Origin: Gemmatimonadaceae bacterium
GTDB lineage: Bacteria > Gemmatimonadota > Gemmatimonadetes > Gemmatimonadales > Gemmatimonadaceae
Reading direction: 5' to 3'
Assembly: GCA_051859245.1 (NCBI GenBank)
Contig: JBHYGA010000006.1
Span: forward strand, 64,001-128,000
DNA: 64,000 nucleotides
This document shows, piece by piece, positions 57,762 to 64,000 of the stretch. The translations under genes and the position numbers were made by a program. Position 1 is the first letter of the stretch, and the number at the start of each line of letters is the position of its first letter. Under the pieces are notes generated by a model. It did not search any database. It was not told where the DNA came from and saw only the letters and a list, made by a program, of their open reading frames with translations.

Positions 57762-59531
57762 GTGAACGCCTCGAGTCAGCATGCCGAAAGTGCGTCGCGC
57801 CTGTTCGTGGGCATTCTCACGCACAACGGATTGCATCACACAGTGCGTTGCCTCGATTCGTTGCGGGAGCACACACAGTCGCCGTGGCAAGCGCTCGTGC
57901 TCGACAACGCGTCGAGCGACGACACGCCCGCGTACTTGCGGCAGCTTGATGACGCGCGCATCACCGTGCACTGTGGCGACCAGAATCTCGGTGTAAGCGG
58001 CGGTCGCAACTGGTTGATCACGCAGCTGCTGCCGCAGATGCAGGACAATGACTGCATTGTGCTTCTCGACAACGATATCGAGGTCTTCGACGGCTGGGAT
58101 GCACCGTTTGTTGAAGCCTTCGCCGCACATCCGAAACTCGGCGTAGCGGGTCGTTGGGCATTTTCCATGCGCGTACACGACACCTGGCGCGACATTCTGG
58201 GTGAAGACAGCGCGACGTCCGGACCAGTGGACACGGTGCAGGGATGCTGCTTCTGGATTCGCGCCGCGACTGCTCGTGATGTTGGCGTGTTCGACGAAGC
58301 ACTCGGCGGATTCTGGCATGAAGACGACGACTACTGCATTCGTGCGCTCACTGCGGGATGGGACGTACGCCGCGTTGCGAGCGACGCGATTGTGCATCAC
58401 GAACACGGCTCGGGCGTGGCGCTACGTCCGGACAAACTCGTTGGTTCGTGGCGGAATCAGGCGTACCTCGCGAATAAATGGCGCTCCATGAACGCCATTG
58501 GGCTGCTCGGCGTACCGATTCGCCCGCTCACTGACGAGCTACAGCCAGTGTGCAACGCACTGTCGCAGCGCACGAAACGACCCATACTACGTACCGAGGT
58601 CAACTCGGCGATCAACAGTGCCGCGCTGCTGATGCACGCGACACTTGAGGCAGACCATGTCGCAGCGATAGCGACACCGCTCGCGCGCATGATGCTCAGT
58701 GATGCAACTGCAGGTGAAGGTGAAGTCGCTGAGAAGGCCAGAGCCGCACTGGCGAGCGTGACGAATACCGTCGCCGCACGCAGAGTCAGCGCTCCCGCCG
58801 GCGCGGCGTCCCGCGCGTTCAGCAGCGTGTGTACCCCCGAGAGTTGGGAAGACGCACGCTGGTCCGATTCGTTCACGCATGGATTTCGCAACGGAGCCGG
58901 TCTCGATTTTTCAACGCGCACTGAATCCATGTGGCGTGACGGGCAGTTGCTGCATGCACTGCGTGCAACCGGCGTACTGAAGCGCGACGCGCGCGTACTG
59001 TTTGTGGGTCAATCGTTTGAACCGCTGATCGCGGCACTGTCGTACCATGTGCGCGAGCTGGTCATTGCTGACCGCGAGCTGCTCAGCGATGCTCAAGTGA
59101 TCGGGCGTGCGCAACAGATGTTGGGGAACGCGCGGCTGACGTATGCAACCTGGCCGGCTAACCCTGCAGAACAGTTCGATGTGGTTGTTTGCGCCAACGC
59201 GTCACGCTATGCACGCGCGGGAGACTTTCCCGAACTGCTACGGGCACTCGCGAATCATACGCGGTCTGGTGCGCTGACTGCCGTTGGCGTCTCCGTGCGC
59301 GTGGCAGGGCCGGCCGACGGAACGTGGGTTGAGCTCGACACGCTCGCGGATGATCACACGTTGCAACAGTCAGGTCTTCGTCGCGTGGGCGGATTAAATG
59401 CCGATGTGAGCGACGAAGTGCTGCGCGCGGCTGTTCCTGATCGATTGCGGACAACGTTGCGGCCATCACTCGCGCGGGCGATCGGTGCGCACTGTGTCTC
59501 AATGGCAACGCTGGTCGCAAAGCGCGTTTAG
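57762..59531 (+). CDS. Glycosyltransferase family 2 with uncharacterised C-terminal domain
   Basis: ILTHN, LDNASSD, NLGVSGGRN, LDND (DxD), GCCF, EDDD. Confidence 0.85.
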   Translation: MNASSQHAESASRLFVGILTHNGLHHTVRCLDSLREHTQSPWQALVLDNASSDDTPAYLRQLDDARITVHCGDQNLGVSGGRNWLITQLLPQMQDNDCIVLLDNDIEVFDGWDAPFVEAFAAHPKLGVAGRWAFSMRVHDTWRDILGEDSATSGPVDTVQGCCFWIRAATARDVGVFDEALGGFWHEDDDYCIRALTAGWDVRRVASDAIVHHEHGSGVALRPDKLVGSWRNQAYLANKWRSMNAIGLLGVPIRPLTDELQPVCNALSQRTKRPILRTEVNSAINSAALLMHATLEADHVAAIATPLARMMLSDATAGEGEVAEKARAALASVTNTVAARRVSAPAGAASRAFSSVCTPESWEDARWSDSFTHGFRNGAGLDFSTRTESMWRDGQLLHALRATGVLKRDARVLFVGQSFEPLIAALSYHVRELVIADRELLSDAQVIGRAQQMLGNARLTYATWPANPAEQFDVVVCANASRYARAGDFPELLRALANHTRSGALTAVGVSVRVAGPADGTWVELDTLADDHTLQQSGLRRVGGLNADVSDEVLRAAVPDRLRTTLRPSLARAIGAHCVSMATLVAKRV

Positions 59532-59572
59532 GCTGTCGCACTACAGAAACGCAAAACGCTTGATGCTTGTTA

Positions 59573-59974
59573 TCACGGCGAAACAGGGAGCTGCAACACT
59601 AGAACCTTGAAGCCATTCTGCATCAAACCATCAGCGTAAACCGTCAGTGTTCTGGCCGGTTCAGTCGCGATCATCAGCGTGTGCCGAAATACACGGTTCG
59701 AATCAGTGCAAGTGCGCGATCGCTCGGCGGTCAACCGCACAAACAACGAGTCATTGCGGTAGATGTCGCTCGCGTCGACTATTTGCGCGCACGCTTCTGG
59801 CTCGAAGCGCCCGTCTACGTACACTCGGAGACGTTCTGTTGCCGACTGATTCGAGGGCACCCACACGCTATCTACTCGCGCCGCCACGAAATCATTCGGC
59901 GGGCCTAGTGAACGATCGCAGCCGCCAAACGGCAGCAGAGCCATCAGCAAAACGCCGAGGAGGGCTGGACGCAT
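59573..59974 (-). CDS. Hypothetical lipoprotein
   Basis: Hydrophobic N-terminus ending FGGC; fills the gap; start uncertain. Confidence 0.6.
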   Translation of the reverse strand: MRPALLGVLLMALLPFGGCDRSLGPPNDFVAARVDSVWVPSNQSATERLRVYVDGRFEPEACAQIVDASDIYRNDSLFVRLTAERSRTCTDSNRVFRHTLMIATEPARTLTVYADGLMQNGFKVLVLQLPVSP

Positions 59975-60160
59975 GGAGATCTGTCTGCGCACGGACATGA
60001 TCGTTTCGCGCATCATCCTGCTCATCCAGGGATGAAAGAAGCGTGCGAATAACAGCGACTGTTGCATTCCAGATAGTCGAACGTAACCCAGACTACACCG
60101 CGGGTTCCATTGATCGCTCGGAATTGGGCCGCGTCCGAATCTGAGGCGACAGCTGGTCGC

Positions 60161-61585
60161 TCAGCGGCGCGTGTCAAGACTGTGCGCTTGAATTCGCGTA
60201 CTGACCTGCTCCACCACCGAAGCCCAGTCACCACTCGTGGGCTGACGTATAAGTTCGAGCGTGGGGTACCAGACGCTTTGCGTACCACGCAATCCCCAGC
60301 GCCAATCGGGCACGTGCTGCAGCATGACCAGCGTACGCACGCCCATCGCGCCAGCCAGATGCGCGATGCCGGTATCAGTGGTCACTAACACATCAAGCTC
60401 GGCAAGTTGTGCGGCGGTATCGGCCCACTCTGATAGCGCGCCAACTGTGCGCACATGCGCGGGCAACGCCGAGACATCGGTGCCCTGTTGCAATGACAGC
60501 ACCGAAAGGTCCGGTACCTTAGCGAGTTGCTCGAGCAGCATCAACAACGCGTCCGAACTCAAGTCACGCGTAAATCGCCCGGGAAAGGCGGCGTTGCCAG
60601 ACCAGACAAGGCCGACGCGTCGGACAGCCCGGTCAACCTCCGTTGCAACAACGCGCGCTCGCAAATACGGTACGCGTGTTGCCTGCACATCGACATCGAG
60701 CTCAAGGCGATACGGCAGCGACAGCAGCGGCACGTGAAAATCCGTCTCCACACGTGAACCGCGTGCGACGGCATCGTAGCCGTTTGCCACGAACAACTCG
60801 ACCGCGTGCGGGTGACACTCCACCACGACTCGAGCCGCGCCGCGCTCGGCCAACAGGTGCACGAACCGCAGAAACTGAAACTGGTCTCCCACGCCCTGTT
60901 CTGCGGTCACCAGTATCGAGCAGCCGGCAAGCGCTTCACCGTGCCAGGGACGCGCGCTCGTGGCCGGAACAGGCAGCGGCCGGTTCTCAAATAGTGCCCA
61001 CCCGTGCGCCGAGATGCGGTCGATGAGCGACGTGTACGCTGCTTGCACTCGCGTGGGCGCATGTCCGGGTCGCACCTGCTCCGCCTGTTTCAACCACCGG
61101 CGCGCACCAACCAGGTCGCCGAGATCGTGTCGGACCTGCGCCGCGGTGAGCAAGAACGCCGCTTGCCTCGGCGCGAGTTGCGCAGCGCGCTGCGCGAGTG
61201 GCCAAGCTTCGGTCACACGACCCTGCGTACGAAGTGCGCCAGCAAGCGCCGACAGCGCGGCTGGATCCTTACCATGTGATTTCACCACGTGCTGCAGACA
61301 CATTGTCGCTTCAACCGGCGCCCCCGCGTCGAGCAGCGCGGTGCCAAGCGCGTACGCGGCGGCGCTGTCTTGCCAGTCACCCGACGCAAACGCGTCGAGC
61401 AGCACCGCGCGTCGGCTCACCCCATCGTCCCGCAACGTGTGCACGTTGGCCAGGGCAATCGCGATCGAGACATCGGATGGAGCGGCAAGTCGAGCGCGTT
61501 CAAATGCTGCGGCGGCCGCCGTTAGGTCCGACGCGGTCATTGCCGCCTCGCCCTCGAGCAGCGCCCGCACTAGCTCCGCGCTCAC
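60161..61585 (-). CDS. TPR-repeat protein with GT9-like glycosyltransferase domain
   Basis: TPR helices; EQGVGDQFQFLRF, PLLSLP, VGLVWSGN, DTGIAHLAGAMG, PDWRW, WYPT..LIRQ. Confidence 0.88.
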   Translation of the reverse strand: MSAELVRALLEGEAAMTASDLTAAAAAFERARLAAPSDVSIAIALANVHTLRDDGVSRRAVLLDAFASGDWQDSAAAYALGTALLDAGAPVEATMCLQHVVKSHGKDPAALSALAGALRTQGRVTEAWPLAQRAAQLAPRQAAFLLTAAQVRHDLGDLVGARRWLKQAEQVRPGHAPTRVQAAYTSLIDRISAHGWALFENRPLPVPATSARPWHGEALAGCSILVTAEQGVGDQFQFLRFVHLLAERGAARVVVECHPHAVELFVANGYDAVARGSRVETDFHVPLLSLPYRLELDVDVQATRVPYLRARVVATEVDRAVRRVGLVWSGNAAFPGRFTRDLSSDALLMLLEQLAKVPDLSVLSLQQGTDVSALPAHVRTVGALSEWADTAAQLAELDVLVTTDTGIAHLAGAMGVRTLVMLQHVPDWRWGLRGTQSVWYPTLELIRQPTSGDWASVVEQVSTRIQAHSLDTRR

Positions 61586-61724
61586 AAAACCCGTCCTTCT
61601 ATATGAAAGAGCGTAGCGTCATCGAAAAACGTGGCAAAATGCACGATCAACGCACGTTCAGACGCGCCGCGTAACGGTGGGTTCCCAGGCCGTGAGAGCG
61701 CCAAAACTTGTTGAATCAAAACGC

Positions 61725-61751
61725 TCAAGTTCCTCGCCGATGTGTCGATAG
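61725..61751 (+). promoter_or_regulatory. sigma28 promoter for flagellin
   Basis: TCAA-N15-GTCGATAG, about 80 bp upstream of fliC. Confidence 0.75.
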
Positions 61752-61787
61752 AACACTTTGACCGCGATCCACTTCCCGGATCCGGAC

Positions 61788-61825
61788 GAGGCACGGATGC
61801 CTCAATCGACCATCACGGAGGATAG
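61788..61825 (+). promoter_or_regulatory. Putative CsrA-binding sites in the fliC leader
   Basis: Hairpin GAGGCA-CGGA-TGCCTC plus CACGGAGGA overlapping the Shine-Dalgarno. Confidence 0.65.
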
Positions 61826-61830
61826 TCACC

Positions 61831-62586
61831 ATGAAGATCAATACGAATGTCGGCGCGCTCGGCGCCTCCCGCAACCTGTTCATGAATACGCTGGCCGCCG
61901 AAAGCAGCATGCGTAAGCTGAGCTCGGGCCTTCGCATCAGCCGCGCGGCAGACGACGCCGCCGGTCTCTCGATCGCGAACCGGTTGCGTACGCAGAGCCG
62001 CTCGCTCGTGCAGGCGTCGAACAACGCCCAGCAGGGCAACGCGATGCTTCAGATCGCGGAAGGTGCAGCGCAGGTTGTGCAGAACATCATCGAGCGTCAG
62101 AAGGAACTGCTGGTGCAGGCCGCGTCGACGGGTAACAACGGTTCCGTGTCGGCCACGCTGACCACCGAAGTCTCGACGCTTGGCGCCGAAGCTTCACGTA
62201 TCATCTCGTCGACCAACTTCCAGGGCACGAACGTGTTCGCGTCGTTGGCCTTCCAGGTGACGGACGCGGCCGGTGGTACGATCTCGGTTGGTGCGGCGCT
62301 CTCGTACACGTCGCCGACAGACCTCGGCGGTGCAGACACGCAGCTCGCGGCGGTGAACGCCACGCTGGCCGCGATCGGTGCCGGTCAGAACACGCTTGAC
62401 TACACGGTGACGAACCTCAAGAACGCCGTCGTGAATCTCCGCGCTGCGGAATCCTCAATCCGTGACGTCGACATGGCCGACGAAATGGCGAACTACACGA
62501 AGAACAGCGTGCTCCAGCAGGCCGCGACGGCCATGCTCGGACAGGCGAACCAGTCGAGCCAGGGCATTCTGTCGATCCTGCGCTAA
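61831..62586 (+). CDS. fliC: Flagellin (minimal, 251 aa)
   Basis: MKINTN...KLSSGLRISRAADDAAGLSI; AESSIRDVDMADEM...AMLGQANQ. Confidence 0.97.
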   Translation: MKINTNVGALGASRNLFMNTLAAESSMRKLSSGLRISRAADDAAGLSIANRLRTQSRSLVQASNNAQQGNAMLQIAEGAAQVVQNIIERQKELLVQAASTGNNGSVSATLTTEVSTLGAEASRIISSTNFQGTNVFASLAFQVTDAAGGTISVGAALSYTSPTDLGGADTQLAAVNATLAAIGAGQNTLDYTVTNLKNAVVNLRAAESSIRDVDMADEMANYTKNSVLQQAATAMLGQANQSSQGILSILR

Positions 62587-62611
62587 GCCGCGTAGTTCGA
62601 CCGTAACGCTC

Positions 62612-62643
62612 ACCCCGGGGCCAGCATCTGCTGGTCCCGGGGT
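62612..62643 (+). terminator. Hairpin between fliC and fliD
   Basis: ACCCCGGGGCCAGCA-tc-TGCTGGTCCCGGGGT; no long U tract. Confidence 0.65.
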
Positions 62644-62668
62644 TAAGGCCTAAAGGGAGGAAGTACCG

Positions 62669-64000
62669 ATGACTGCACCGATTGCGAATTTCAGCGGTCT
62701 GCAAAGCGGCATTCAGTGGAACGACGTGGTCGACTCCATTGTGAAGGCCGACGAAGTACGAATGGTCACGCCGCTTACGCAGCAGATTGAAAAGCGAACG
62801 GCTGAACGCGCTGCCTGGACCGAGTTTCAGAAGCTGGTTCTCAATCTGAATGAGAGCTCGCGTGCGCTGCGCGTATCCGGATTTGGCGGATTTCTCGCCA
62901 CCGCGCCAAAGAGCCCCACGTCTGGACAGACGTTGTTCGGTGCCACCGCGTCCAACCTCGCCGAGCCCGGTCGCTATCGGGTAGAAGTCGTACAACTCGC
63001 GGAAACCGCCAAGCTTGGTGGCAAAACCGTAGCCGATCGTACCGCTGCACTCAACCTGACCGGCGATTTTGCGATCAACGGCACATCGATTTCCATTGAC
63101 GCGGCTGATTCGTTGCAAGCGATTCGCGACAAGGTCAACGCCGCAAACACGGGCGCGTCTGCGACCGGTGTGAGCGCCAGCATTCTGAACGACGGCACAA
63201 CAGGCGGACGCCTGGTGCTGACTCGTTCCACCGCCGGATCTGAGGGCATTACGCTCACGGACGGCACGGGTGGAATCGCGCGTGAACTCGGATTTCTCGA
63301 TTCTCGTACCAAGCCGATTTCATCAACAACAGAATCGATCGCCGCGGCACTCGGCATTGCGGTGTATCCACCGCCAGCGTCAATCCGTGTTGGCGACAAA
63401 CTGATCACCGTTGATCTGAGCACCGATTCGATTTCATCAATCGTTGCAAAGATTCAGGCGGCGGGCGGACAGGCGTCGACCGAAACCATGCAGTTCGGCG
63501 ACGAGACACGCTATCGCCTCGTCGCCGACGGCAACGTGCAAGCGGTAGACGGCGACGCCGACAGTGCGGCGGTGATCAGCGCCCTCGGCTTTGCCGCTGG
63601 ATCAACGAGTGCGGTGCAACAAGTCAGCGCCAGCGGCGTGCTGAGTGATGCGGGCGGCACACCCGCCACGGCCGCTACGGAGCTGGCCGGCCTGCGTCTG
63701 AACGGTGTGGATGCAGGGCTCGCCGCCGGCGACGCGATCAACATTCGTGGTACGCGCGGTGATGGCAGTGTGGTGAACATTGGCATTGCGATTGATCCCG
63801 GTGAAACGGTGCAGGACCTGCTCGACAAGATCAACGATGCCACGAGCGGATTCGGTGCCGGTACGCGCACGGCAACGGCGTCGATTGGTGCCGATGGGAA
63901 GATTCGCCTGGCCGACAACACCGGTGGATCCTCGCGTCTTTCGTTCACGATGGACATTGCGCGCGCCGATGGCAGCGCGGGTTCTCTTGGTACGTCGACC
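62669..64000 (+). CDS. fliD: Filament cap protein FliD (3' partial)
   Basis: Absent from the ORF track. ATG 62669 after GGGAGG; MTAPIANFSGLQSGIQWNDVVDSIV...GRYRVEVVQLA...SLQAIRDKVN...GVSASI...RLVLT. Confidence 0.92.
   Translation, partial: MTAPIANFSGLQSGIQWNDVVDSIVKADEVRMVTPLTQQIEKRTAERAAWTEFQKLVLNLNESSRALRVSGFGGFLATAPKSPTSGQTLFGATASNLAEPGRYRVEVVQLAETAKLGGKTVADRTAALNLTGDFAINGTSISIDAADSLQAIRDKVNAANTGASATGVSASILNDGTTGGRLVLTRSTAGSEGITLTDGTGGIARELGFLDSRTKPISSTTESIAAALGIAVYPPPASIRVGDKLITVDLSTDSISSIVAKIQAAGGQASTETMQFGDETRYRLVADGNVQAVDGDADSAAVISALGFAAGSTSAVQQVSASGVLSDAGGTPATAATELAGLRLNGVDAGLAAGDAINIRGTRGDGSVVNIGIAIDPGETVQDLLDKINDATSGFGAGTRTATASIGADGKIRLADNTGGSSRLSFTMDIARADGSAGSLGTST

Noticed and set aside
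62641..62672. sigma28 promoter directly before fliD
   Set aside because: TAAA/TTAA to ACCGATGA spacing does not fit and the element overlaps the start codon.
62417..63957. Minus-strand ORFs at the right end
   Set aside because: Antisense to fliC and fliD; the plus-strand FliD frame explains the region.

Overview
GC-rich bacterial chromosome window. Gene content and protein style suggest a Gemmatimonas-like member of Gemmatimonadota, which is an inference and was not searched. Four blocks: (1) 1-17.7 kb, minus-strand flagellar basal-body/hook/export genes (flgB flgC hyp fliE fliF fliG fliH fliI fliJ motE-like fliK flgD flgE, two unrelated genes, then fliL fliM fliN and a fliO-fliP fusion running off the left edge); (2) 18-39.8 kb, a type II secretion cluster (gspG F H I J K L M C D E) among secreted proteins and lipoproteins, a DUF1800/DUF1501 pair and a kinase-M23-aminotransferase fusion; (3) 39.8-43.8 kb, a sigma54 enhancer-binding response regulator, a methyltransferase, flgL and fliW; (4) 43.7-64 kb, a bidirectional glycosylation island (rmlB, rmlA, wecE, two AsnB-type amidotransferases, seven glycosyltransferase-like genes) followed by a minimal flagellin and fliD (partial). 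Main observations: FliK carries an intact-looking M15 Zn-peptidoglycan peptidase domain. FliO is fused in frame to FliP. A palindrome CGGCA-N5-TGCCG lies upstream of three sigma54 promoters (flgB, fliL and the glycosylation island). Sigma28 promoters precede flgL and fliC, and the fliC leader has a CsrA-type GGA hairpin. A 45-bp element is duplicated around the methyltransferase gene. No rRNA, tRNA, CRISPR array or mobile element was recognised.
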